Source: Candidatus Fraserbacteria bacterium
GTDB taxonomy: Bacteria; Bipolaricaulota; Bipolaricaulia; RBG-16-55-9
Reading direction: 5' to 3'
DNA: 25,903 bases
NCBI GenBank assembly: GCA_037443265.1
Contig: JBBIOR010000008.1
Location: 47,196-73,098 of the forward strand
A program made the translations under genes and the position numbers. Below are positions 7,540-16,080 of the stretch, piece after piece (the first letter of the stretch is position 1; every line of letters begins with the position of its first letter). Below the pieces are notes generated by a model. That model was not told the DNA's origin and made no database searches. It saw only the letters and a list, made by a program, of their open reading frames with translations.

Positions 7540-8892
7540 ATGAAGAGATTGAGTCTGTTCGTCGCCCTGCTGATCATCGCTGTGGGAGCGGGCCAGATCG
7601 CGCTCCCCCAGGCCCAGCAGGGCATCATCGTCGTGCCGCCTTCGAGTGACATTCAAGTGAGCATCAACGTAGATCGAGCCGATCGGATCTATCAAGTGGG
7701 GCAGGAGATCCGCCTCTTCATCCAGACCACAGCCCCCAGTGCCAGCCAAGTCTTTCTCAACGTGGTCGACATCGACGCCAGCGGAAGATGCACGCTCATC
7801 TTCCCCAATGCCTTTTCGCCTAGCCCGCAAGTGCCCGTGGGGACCTTCGTCCTGCCCGATCGCGCGACGTATCGCTTCGTGGTCACGCCTCCCGTCGGGA
7901 CGGAGTTCGTCCAGGTCTTTGCCAGCCTGCAGCCCCTGGATCTTAGGCAGATCTTCAACACCCCGGTCAATCCCGGAGATCCTTTTCCCACGCTCTGCAC
8001 CAACCCCCAGCAATTTGCTCAGCAAGTCCAAAGCGCCGTCCAGGGGATCATCGCCGTGGGGCAGTTGGCCACGGCCTTCACCAGCTTCCAAGTAGTCAGT
8101 CAGCTGCCGCCTTTCAACCGGCCCCCGGTCGCCCAGTTCACCCTGAGCACCAACACGGCTCTCGTGGGCCAGACCGTCCAATTCGTCTCCACCTCCTTTG
8201 ATCCCGATCTGGGGGACTTCATCGTCCAGCACTTCTGGACCTTTGGAGACGGCTTCACGGCTACAGGCCAGACGGCCTTCCACTCCTACACGAGCCCGGG
8301 CACCTTCCCCATAACCCTCACGGTGACAGACAGCCGTGGTGCCTCCTCTTCCACCACCCAGTTCCTCACGGTCTTGCCGGTCCCGGTCCCGCTGCCCAGC
8401 ACGCAGGCCGGCTTCTTCATCGATGCCATAGACAACACTCACATTCGCATCTCCGTCCGAGGGCGAGCCGATTGGTTCACGGATCACCCCTTCCGCCTGA
8501 TCCTCGAAACTGACGGGGTCTTCACCAGCGTGGACCAGCAAGCCTCGGGGAATGTGGCCCCTCAGGGGATTGTGCCCGTCCCGGCAGGCAACCGCCTGGA
8601 GATCAGTGGGGCCGTCCGAAGCGGCCGGATCGACTTCACTATCGGAGTTTCTCCTACGGCTACCAAGATCAAGTTCGATCTTAGGCTCGATCTCGACGGC
8701 GACGGCACACTGGAGCGACAGAGAAACTTCGTCTTCCTGGGAAGCTCACTGAAGAACCCACCTTCGAATCCCTTTGTGATCAGCTTCCCGGCCGGAAGAC
8801 TGCTGCCCTTCGTGCAGATCCAGATCTGTCTTGTGCTCGTAGATGTGCCGGGCTTCCAGTTCGTCATCTGCTTCCGCTTTGACCAGCTGTGA
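7540..8892 (+). CDS. Secreted DUF4384-like + PKD domain protein with unnamed C-terminal domain
   Basis: SD AGGAGG, signal peptide MKRLSLFVALLII; YQVGQEIRL...LIFPN...PPVGTEFVQVFASLQPL (DUF4384-like); NRPPVAQF...WTFGDG...LTVTDSRG (PKD); Pro linker. Confidence 0.85.
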   Translation: MKRLSLFVALLIIAVGAGQIALPQAQQGIIVVPPSSDIQVSINVDRADRIYQVGQEIRLFIQTTAPSASQVFLNVVDIDASGRCTLIFPNAFSPSPQVPVGTFVLPDRATYRFVVTPPVGTEFVQVFASLQPLDLRQIFNTPVNPGDPFPTLCTNPQQFAQQVQSAVQGIIAVGQLATAFTSFQVVSQLPPFNRPPVAQFTLSTNTALVGQTVQFVSTSFDPDLGDFIVQHFWTFGDGFTATGQTAFHSYTSPGTFPITLTVTDSRGASSSTTQFLTVLPVPVPLPSTQAGFFIDAIDNTHIRISVRGRADWFTDHPFRLILETDGVFTSVDQQASGNVAPQGIVPVPAGNRLEISGAVRSGRIDFTIGVSPTATKIKFDLRLDLDGDGTLERQRNFVFLGSSLKNPPSNPFVISFPAGRLLPFVQIQICLVLVDVPGFQFVICFRFDQL

Positions 8893-8899
8893 CGCAACC

Positions 8900-8932
8900 T
8901 GCAGGGGGAGCTCGCTTCCGGGCTCCCCTGCA
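8900..8932 (+). other. GC-rich intergenic stem-loop without U-tract
   Basis: TGCAGGGG(G)AGC ... GCTCCCCTGCA inverted repeat between two co-oriented genes. Confidence 0.5.
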
Positions 8933-8955
8933 CCCCGTAAGAGAGGAGAGAGCAT

Positions 8956-9786
8956 ATGAGAATCAATCTGGCCTTATGGCTTGGAATGGTACTCCTCGCC
9001 CTGGGCTCATGGGCGGCCCAGTGGGCGCCTACAGCAAGTAGCGCGGGAGCGGCCATCATCGAGGCCCAGCGCCACTTTCGGGCTCTATTGCCCCCCCAGC
9101 CGGTAGATATTCTCAACGTCATTTGGGCCGCGCAAAGCCTGGATTACTGGATTCGCATCCAAACTGGACTGAATGTGGTCTACTTGAAGGGCCAAAGACC
9201 CTGCACGGCCTGTGACCCCCTTCAGGAAGCGCAGTTCTTTGTGCCCCCTCAGCTCTACGTCGATGGTCAGCACTTCTGGATTCGCTTAGATGAAGAGAGC
9301 TGGCAGCTGGCCCTGCGCCCGGCGCGCGAGCTGCCCACGAGGTACGAGTTGATCGTCTCGCCCAAGCTGCCCAAGACGACCCTCAATCCAGAAGACGTAA
9401 GCGCGATCGTCGCAACGTTGCGTCCCTTCGGGGTGATACCCTCACAGACCGAATCGTTCAGCCTTGAGCCTTTGATCCCGCCCGCCAAGCCTGAGCCGCC
9501 GGAGGGCGTACGAATCGACTCCGTGCTCTATGGGCTCATCACTGCCCCAGACTGGAAGGCGTATGCTCTCCAGAACGGGATCGAGCTCTCCGGGCTGAGA
9601 GCCCGCGTGCTCGTCGAATTGGAGGCAGGGGCCAGCCTGCCGGAGGGACTGGATCTGGTCGTGGAAGAGAGGGCAGCCGAGCGCGTCCGGGTCCAGGCGC
9701 TCATTCATAGACTCGAAGAACTGGCCAAAGATCCGGCCGTGGCCTTCGTGCGGCTGCCCAGCCGTCCTCAGTCGCCGAGCCCCTGA
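8956..9786 (+). CDS. Secreted protein with C-terminal subtilase-propeptide-like domain
   Basis: Signal peptide, CTAC motif, Pro linker; C-terminus RIDSVL...VAFVRLP aligns by eye with the propeptide KIDSVL...IAYIRPP of the next gene. Confidence 0.75.
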   Translation: MRINLALWLGMVLLALGSWAAQWAPTASSAGAAIIEAQRHFRALLPPQPVDILNVIWAAQSLDYWIRIQTGLNVVYLKGQRPCTACDPLQEAQFFVPPQLYVDGQHFWIRLDEESWQLALRPARELPTRYELIVSPKLPKTTLNPEDVSAIVATLRPFGVIPSQTESFSLEPLIPPAKPEPPEGVRIDSVLYGLITAPDWKAYALQNGIELSGLRARVLVELEAGASLPEGLDLVVEERAAERVRVQALIHRLEELAKDPAVAFVRLPSRPQSPSP

Positions 9787-9831
9787 GGGCAAAATGATCC
9801 TAAACACGAATGAAATGAGAGGAAGATGCCT

Positions 9832-12800
9832 ATGAAAACCCACATCATGCGCATCGCAATCTTGATCTTGCTGATCGGAGCTGTGCTCGGCCTTTCCAGT
9901 CACATGGATCTGGCCGGCGCACAAACCGGCTCACAGAAGAGCACTCCCAATCCCAAAATCGACAGCGTGCTGGCACAGTTGCTCCAGATGCTGGCGAGCA
10001 GCGTGAGCAGCCAGGCCGTGCAGCAGGCGGCCAGCCGGGCCGGAGTCCCTATCCAGGACAATGCTATCACCGTCGTGGCGGAGGTCTCCGGCCCTACGGC
10101 GGGCCTGGTGAGCGCGATCGCTGCACTTTTGGGCGGCGGCACCGTCAAAGCCCAATCCAGAAATTTCCTTGAGCTAAAGATCCCGCTCAGCTCCAACGCT
10201 CTTACGGCCCTGCTGCAACTGGTGACCCTGAGCGGCATTGCTTATATTCGTCCGCCGCTGGTCCCGCAGGCTCTGGTCTTAAGCGAGGGCGTTTCCGTCA
10301 CGGGAGCTTCGTCGTTTCACAGCAGCGGCCTGCGCGGCCAGGGCACCAAGATCGCGGTCATAGATCTGGGATTCATCGGCCTCTCCTCGGCCCAGACACA
10401 GGGAGAGCTGCCCATGAATCTGAGCACGCGCGACTTCAGCGGCACGGGCCTTGAGACCACCACATCACACGGCACGGCCGTGGCCGAGATCATCTACGAC
10501 ATGGCCCCGGCCGCCCAGCTCTATCTCCTCAAGATCGCCGATGAAGTCGATCTGGAGAACGCCATAGACTACGCCATCGGCCAGGGCGTGGACATCATCA
10601 ATCACTCCGTGGCCTGGTTCAACACGAGCTTTTATGATGGGACTGGCCCCATTGCGGCCGCCGTCCAGCGCGCTCGGGCCGCGGATATTCTCTGGGTGAA
10701 CGCCGCGGGCAACTACGCCCGCCGCCACTGGCAGGGCTTCGCCCAAGACACCAACGGCAACGGCTTTGTGGAATTTGCCCCCGGACGCGAAGGGCTCCAG
10801 TTTACGGCCCAAGCCGGCGAGGCGATCAGCATCTATCTCAGCTGGCAGGACTGGCCGCGCTCCGCCCAAGATTATGACCTGTTCCTTACCACAAGCAGCG
10901 GGGTCCTCCTCGCCTCCTCGGAACGCCTCCAGAACGGCTCCCAACCCCCCGCAGAAAATCTCTTCTTCCGCCCCACCAGTGGCGGCACCTTCGAGATCCG
11001 CGTGAGAGCGGCCAACGTCACCTCTGCCAGACAGCTGGCGATCTTCAATCTCAATCAAGACATCACTCCCAGCGTGGCTCAGGGGAGCATCGTGACGCCG
11101 GCGGATTCTTCGGCCGCCATGGCCGTCGGAGCGATCCATTATCTCAATTGGACGACGGGCCCCATTCAGCCCTTCAGCTCTCAGGGTCCAACCACAGACG
11201 GCCGAACCAAGCCGGACATCAGTGGGCCGGATAGCGTGACGACTACAACCGCCGGCTTCAGTCCTTTCATTGGGACTTCGGCCTCCGCCCCACATGTGGC
11301 CGGAGCCGCGGCCCTCCTACTCTCGGAAAATCCCACGCTCACCGCCAGCGGCCTGGAGACCCGACTTAAGGGGAGCGCCGTACCCATGGGCTCGCCCACC
11401 CAATTTGGCACCGGAAGACTCAATCTCTCCCCGACGCAACCCACCCGCCGACCCGACCTTATCGTCCTAAGCCCGAGCTTCTTCCCCGTCAACCCGCGCC
11501 TAGGCGACACCATCACCCTAACAGCCCAAGTCCGCAATCAAGGGGACGCCGACGCCGGGCCCTTTGCCGTCGAGCTGCGCGATAGCTTCGGCAACCTCAC
11601 CCAGAACGTCCCCGGCCTGGCCGCCGGAGCCTCCACCGCCATAAGCTTCAATCGCCCACTGCTCTCCTCCAGCATGACCTTCACCATCACCGCCGATGTC
11701 TTCAACCAAGTGAGCGAGTCGAACGAGACAAACAACAGCACCTCTCTCAGCGTCACAGCTCAGAGCCAGCCGTCGCTTGGCATCGACGTCCGCACGGATC
11801 GCACGAGCTACCTCGTGGGCGATCCCATCCGCGTGCAATTCACTACCAACGCCGACGGCTCCGTCTATCTCTACGACGTGGACGCCCAAGGGCTGGCGAC
11901 CATTCTCTATCCCACGTCGGAGTCGGCCAACGCCTTCCTGAGGGCCGGAAGCTATGACTTGGCGACTCTTCTAGGGGTCTCCCAGCTGCGCGTGACGGAC
12001 CCCACGGGCCTGGAGAGCATCCACGGGCTTATCGTCTCCAGCCCCGTGAATTTAGGGCTGAGCGGCCAGAGGAATCTCTCGTTTACGGACCCTAACACCT
12101 TCCGTGCCGTGCTGGGCCAGAGAATTCAAGCGATCAACCCCTCACTCAGCTGGGCTTGGGACGTGGCCTCCTTCCAGGTGCTGGCGGCCCAGCCGACGAA
12201 TCAGCCTCCAGTGGCCCAGTTTGTCTTCAATCCCACTCAGCCCTTGGTGAACGATAGCGTGACGTTCGACGGCTCAAGCTCCTTCGATCCCGACGGCTCC
12301 ATTGTCGATTGGCGCTGGATCTTCGAAGGGACGACGCGCGTGGAGGCCAGCGGCGTGCGCGTGACGGTGCGCTTCGTCACCGCCAGGGCGTATCGCGTAA
12401 CGCTCATCGTGACAGACAATCGGGGCGCGACCGGCTCCACCAGCCAGCTCATCGAGGTCCTGGCGCGGCCGAGCAATCAGCCTCCCGTGGCACGCTTCAC
12501 CTTCAGCCCCTCCAACCCTCAAGTGGGCCAGATCGTCACCTTTGACGGCCAAGCCTCTTCCGACCCTGACGGAGCGATCACCAGCTACCGCTGGGATCTC
12601 AACGGCGACGGCATCACAGATGCCACAGGGGCTATAGTGCAGGCCAGCTACTCGCAGCCTGGCACCTTCACCGTCACGCTCACGGTGATTGACAACGCGG
12701 GGCTCTCCGGCTCGACTTCTCAGACCCTTCAGGTGAGTTCGGTTCCGCTGCCTCCGCCTCCACCCACACCTCAAGGCTTGGGCTTCTTCATCAAGGGAGA

Positions 12801-13311
12801 CTGGCCCAATCAGTTCCAGCTCATCGTCCAGGGCGATCCCAGCTGGACGAGCGATCATGAATTTCGCGTCCTCTTGGCCATGGTCAGCACCAGCTTGCAA
12901 CTCAGCGGCTTTACTTCCATCGACGTTCAAGTGATCGGTAACGCGACCCCCGGGCAGACGGAGAAGGATCGCCTGTCTGAGAACACTGCGCCTCGCTTCC
13001 AGCAGCCGCTTCTGACAGGCCGCGTCCGAGATGGGAAGATCCTCTACACCATCGGCGTGGCCAATCCCACCATCTTGCGCTTCAGCTTGCAGCTAGATAT
13101 CGATGGAGACGGCGATCTGGAAGGCGGGCTGCGACAGATCCCGACGTTCGTCCTGGTCGGTGGTGAGGCTATTAAGCTGGAGCCACGGAGCAATCAGCTC
13201 GAATTTACCATCCGCGCGGACCCCGAGGGCACCGGGCCCTTGCTGCCTTTCCAATTGGGCCGCCTCTACCTGTGCAACGAAGACACCGCGAACTGCGTGC
13301 CAATTCGCTGA
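9832..13311 (+). CDS. Secreted S8 (subtilisin-family) serine protease with CARDB, DUF4384-like, two PKD and an unnamed C-terminal domain
   Basis: Catalytic D (IAVIDLG), H (HGTAVA), oxyanion N (AAGN), S (GTSASAPHVAG); CARDB (PDLIV...VRNQGDADAGPF...ESNETNN); two NQPPVA.F PKD repeats. Alternative start at 9826. Confidence 0.93.
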   Translation: MKTHIMRIAILILLIGAVLGLSSHMDLAGAQTGSQKSTPNPKIDSVLAQLLQMLASSVSSQAVQQAASRAGVPIQDNAITVVAEVSGPTAGLVSAIAALLGGGTVKAQSRNFLELKIPLSSNALTALLQLVTLSGIAYIRPPLVPQALVLSEGVSVTGASSFHSSGLRGQGTKIAVIDLGFIGLSSAQTQGELPMNLSTRDFSGTGLETTTSHGTAVAEIIYDMAPAAQLYLLKIADEVDLENAIDYAIGQGVDIINHSVAWFNTSFYDGTGPIAAAVQRARAADILWVNAAGNYARRHWQGFAQDTNGNGFVEFAPGREGLQFTAQAGEAISIYLSWQDWPRSAQDYDLFLTTSSGVLLASSERLQNGSQPPAENLFFRPTSGGTFEIRVRAANVTSARQLAIFNLNQDITPSVAQGSIVTPADSSAAMAVGAIHYLNWTTGPIQPFSSQGPTTDGRTKPDISGPDSVTTTTAGFSPFIGTSASAPHVAGAAALLLSENPTLTASGLETRLKGSAVPMGSPTQFGTGRLNLSPTQPTRRPDLIVLSPSFFPVNPRLGDTITLTAQVRNQGDADAGPFAVELRDSFGNLTQNVPGLAAGASTAISFNRPLLSSSMTFTITADVFNQVSESNETNNSTSLSVTAQSQPSLGIDVRTDRTSYLVGDPIRVQFTTNADGSVYLYDVDAQGLATILYPTSESANAFLRAGSYDLATLLGVSQLRVTDPTGLESIHGLIVSSPVNLGLSGQRNLSFTDPNTFRAVLGQRIQAINPSLSWAWDVASFQVLAAQPTNQPPVAQFVFNPTQPLVNDSVTFDGSSSFDPDGSIVDWRWIFEGTTRVEASGVRVTVRFVTARAYRVTLIVTDNRGATGSTSQLIEVLARPSNQPPVARFTFSPSNPQVGQIVTFDGQASSDPDGAITSYRWDLNGDGITDATGAIVQASYSQPGTFTVTLTVIDNAGLSGSTSQTLQVSSVPLPPPPPTPQGLGFFIKGDWPNQFQLIVQGDPSWTSDHEFRVLLAMVSTSLQLSGFTSIDVQVIGNATPGQTEKDRLSENTAPRFQQPLLTGRVRDGKILYTIGVANPTILRFSLQLDIDGDGDLEGGLRQIPTFVLVGGEAIKLEPRSNQLEFTIRADPEGTGPLLPFQLGRLYLCNEDTANCVPIR

Positions 13312-13343
13312 TCCTAGCCCGCGCTACGCATCAGGGAGGGGCG

Positions 13344-13547
13344 CTACTCTTTGAAGCGCTCCTCCATGCGCTCCAAAAGGCGTGCCAAGCGCAGAAATAC
13401 AATCAGAGCGCCCACGGCCACCAGCAGGGCCGCAATGGAGATGAGCAGCGAGGCTGAAGCGCTCATCAAGTCCGTCTGCGCATACGCTGGGACGACTAAG
13501 AGGGTCAGCCAGAAGGCCACCGAGAGCATCACCGCCATCGCTTTCAT
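13344..13547 (-). CDS. Small membrane protein (67 aa), signal peptide plus one TM helix and charged tail; weakly CcmD-like
   Basis: SD GGGAGG before ATG 13547; AYA-Q cleavage site; hydrophobic helix followed by RLARLLERMEERFKE. Confidence 0.65.
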   Translation of the reverse strand: MKAMAVMLSVAFWLTLLVVPAYAQTDLMSASASLLISIAALLVAVGALIVFLRLARLLERMEERFKE

Positions 13548-13606
13548 TGGAAAACCTCCCAACTGCCGAGGACTGGGAGGATTATGGCTGATTCTCACAA
13601 GCTAAG

Positions 13607-15082
13607 TCAACGCCTAGCTTCCTTGAGCTCCGAGTCTTTCGGGTAAGAGGCGGCGCGGTCATGGCGCATGGCCCGCAACGTCTCGAAGAAGGCCTGCTTG
13701 ATCCTCTCCAGATCGCGCAGGGTAAGCGGACTGTCTCTGAGTTGCCCGTCTTTAAGAGGGCCGTTCATCGCCTCCTCGATGATCTCTTTCAGATGGGCAA
13801 GATCTTTGGCGCTCCGAGAGGCCGCTTCCACCCCATCGGCCAGCATGACGATGGCCGTCTCCCGACTCTGAGGGAGCTCCGCCCCGTAGCGATAGTCGTC
13901 TATAGAGGGCACGCCGGCCTTCCCCTCTCGCAAGGCCTTCAGATAAAAATAGCGAATCACGGAAGTACCGTGATGCTGTCGAATGAAGGCGATCACATCC
14001 TCGCGGAGACCGTACTCCTGAGCCAATTCCACGCCCTCTTTGATATGTGAGGTGAGGATTACTCGGCTCATGCTGGGTGAGATCTCATCATGGGGGTTGC
14101 GGCCATTCTGTTGATTTTCAGCAAAGAACTGAGGCCGCTTGATCTTGCCAATGTCGTGATAGTAGCCGCCGACTTTGGCCAAAAGAGGATCCGCCCCGAT
14201 CGCTTGAGCGGCGCTCTCAGCCAGATCGGCCACACTGAAGCTATGATGGTACGTTCCCGGAGCTTTCTCGCGCAGCATAATCAGCAAGGGATGCGAAGGA
14301 TTGAGCAATTCCACCAGCCCTAAGGGGCTGGTCCTTTGAGTGACGTACTCGGCCAGTGGGAGCCCCCCGAAGATGAGCAGTACGCTGAAGAGGCCATTTA
14401 AGCCGGACCAGAGCAGGGCGATGCCGCCCATCCCCTCGCTGCCGTGATAGAGCGCCATGCCGGCGTGCAAGAGAGCTCCGACGATCCCAATCTCCAAGCC
14501 CGTGAGCGGCAGATCAGAGAATTTGCGCAGCCTGGCACAGCGGAAGACAGCCACCGTCCCGCTCCCGAAGGCCGCCAGCATCGCAGGAGTGGGAGTGAGA
14601 GCGCTCCCAAGCCCCACCCACAAGGAGAGGAGCACCGTCAGCGATAGGCCCACCTCGGCGGTGGTGAAGATCGTCGCCAGCCCTGCTCCAAAGGCCACCG
14701 GGATGAGATACGCCCCCATCGGCTCCGGCACCAGATACGGCGCCAGAAGATCCGTAGCCCGGCCGATCAGCGCCACAGCGGCCAGAAGCCCTACCAGAAA
14801 GACTCGCATCCGGGTCCGGGACAGAAGCTCCGGCTGGCGAAGCTTTAGATATCCCGCCCATAGGATCACCAGAAGCGTGATGACCAGGGTGTTGCCCAGC
14901 ACTTGGTTCCAGCTGAATAGCTTCACCATCGCAGACCCTGACAGATCCACTCGGAAGGCCGCTAGCCCCGCTAAGAGGAGCGCAGCCACCACGGCATAGA
15001 GCCATGCCCGCGCCCTGGGAATCCCACTCTGAAGCACCGCAGACAGCTCACGCTTTCTTCTGCTCCATCTTCTCGTAAGCAT
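13607..15082 (-). CDS. 7TM-HD (HDIG) phosphohydrolase, PgpH/YqfF-like
   Basis: Multiple TM helices then LLIMLREKAPGTYHHS, YYHDIGK, QHHGTS, MLADGVEAA; lies downstream of phoH as is typical. Start uncertain (GTG 15037 is an alternative). Confidence 0.9.
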   Translation of the reverse strand: MLTRRWSRRKRELSAVLQSGIPRARAWLYAVVAALLLAGLAAFRVDLSGSAMVKLFSWNQVLGNTLVITLLVILWAGYLKLRQPELLSRTRMRVFLVGLLAAVALIGRATDLLAPYLVPEPMGAYLIPVAFGAGLATIFTTAEVGLSLTVLLSLWVGLGSALTPTPAMLAAFGSGTVAVFRCARLRKFSDLPLTGLEIGIVGALLHAGMALYHGSEGMGGIALLWSGLNGLFSVLLIFGGLPLAEYVTQRTSPLGLVELLNPSHPLLIMLREKAPGTYHHSFSVADLAESAAQAIGADPLLAKVGGYYHDIGKIKRPQFFAENQQNGRNPHDEISPSMSRVILTSHIKEGVELAQEYGLREDVIAFIRQHHGTSVIRYFYLKALREGKAGVPSIDDYRYGAELPQSRETAIVMLADGVEAASRSAKDLAHLKEIIEEAMNGPLKDGQLRDSPLTLRDLERIKQAFFETLRAMRHDRAASYPKDSELKEARR

Positions 15083-16031
15083 CGATGATCCTCTTCACCA
15101 AGGGATGGCGCACCACATCGCTCTTCTCCAGATACACAAACGAGATTTCATCAACCCCGGAGAGAATTCGCTGGACTTCCACCAGACCCGAGACGCCTCG
15201 CTCAAGGTCAATCTGAGTCACGTCTCCTGTGATCACCGCCCGAGAGTGGAGCCCCAAGCGGGTTAAAAACATCTTCATCTGCCCGGAGGTAGTGTTCTGG
15301 GCTTCGTCTAAAATAATGAAGCTGTTGTTGAGCGTGCGCCCGCGCATGTAGGCCAGCGGCGCGATCTCAATTCGTCCGGTCTCCAGATAGCGCTTCACCT
15401 CATCGGCCGGCAGCATGTCGTAGAGGGCGTCATAGAGCGGCCTCAGATACGGGCTGACTTTCGCCACGATATCTCCGGGCAGAAAGCCCAGCTCCTCCCC
15501 CGCCTCGACCGCCGGCCGGGTAAGAATCAGCCGACCCACCCGGCCTTTCTTCAAAGACTGAACCGCCATCGCCACAGCCAGATACGTCTTGCCCGTGCCC
15601 GAGGGCCCGATGGCAAAGACGATCTCATGTTTTTCCATCGCTTGGACATAGCGGGCTTGGCCCTTCGTCTTGGGCCGAATCTCCTCGCCCCAGTGGGTGT
15701 GCTGCACCACCCCGCTGAGCACGGACTCTATGTCCTCATCCGCCTGGATCTGCTCAGCCAGATACTCCACGTCCCGGACCTCCGGCACATGCCCATGTGC
15801 GATGAGCCCCTTGAGCTTCTCTAGGAGCTGGATGACCTGAGAGACTTCTTGCTCCTCGCCCTCGACCAGGAGGGTATCGCCGCGCATCTTGATCCGAACA
15901 GGGAATCGCTCTTGGATGACCGCCAGATGCTTGTTGAATGGACCCAGCAGCGCCGTCGCTTCGGCCACGTCTGAGAGCGGGATCTCCCGCTGCGCCTTCG
16001 CTCGCTCTCTCAGTCTCTTCACCCCCACCAC
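15048..16031 (-). CDS. phoH: PhoH family ATPase (YbeZ-like)
   Basis: GPSGTGKTYLA, RPAVEAGEELGFLPGD, LAYMRGRTL, DEAQN, GDVTQIDL and VVRHPLV motifs. Confidence 0.96.
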   Translation of the reverse strand: MVGVKRLRERAKAQREIPLSDVAEATALLGPFNKHLAVIQERFPVRIKMRGDTLLVEGEEQEVSQVIQLLEKLKGLIAHGHVPEVRDVEYLAEQIQADEDIESVLSGVVQHTHWGEEIRPKTKGQARYVQAMEKHEIVFAIGPSGTGKTYLAVAMAVQSLKKGRVGRLILTRPAVEAGEELGFLPGDIVAKVSPYLRPLYDALYDMLPADEVKRYLETGRIEIAPLAYMRGRTLNNSFIILDEAQNTTSGQMKMFLTRLGLHSRAVITGDVTQIDLERGVSGLVEVQRILSGVDEISFVYLEKSDVVRHPLVKRIIDAYEKMEQKKA

Positions 16032-16042
16032 GGATGTCTCAG

Positions 16043-16071
16043 ATGGTAATGGAAGGAGTCGAGTTTTTCAA
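16043..16071 (-). promoter_or_regulatory. sigma70-type promoter of phoH (TTGAAA-N17-TACCAT)
   Basis: Fits within the 49-nt spoVR-phoH gap with 17-nt spacing. Confidence 0.55.
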
Positions 16072-16080
16072 TGGATGGCG

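Noticed and set aside
7429..8541. 370-aa antisense ORF, and similar ones at 10465-11295, 12274-12930 and 18921-19607
   Set aside because: Expected antisense open frames of GC-rich genes, opposite well-supported CDSs.
8900..8932. Hairpin as an intrinsic terminator
   Set aside because: No U-tract on either strand; more likely an mRNA stabilising or processing stem.
12196..12720. Repeated AATCAGCCTCC.GTGGC...TTCGA.CC.GACGG nucleotide blocks
   Set aside because: Tandem PKD domain coding repeats, not a CRISPR array or DNA repeat element.
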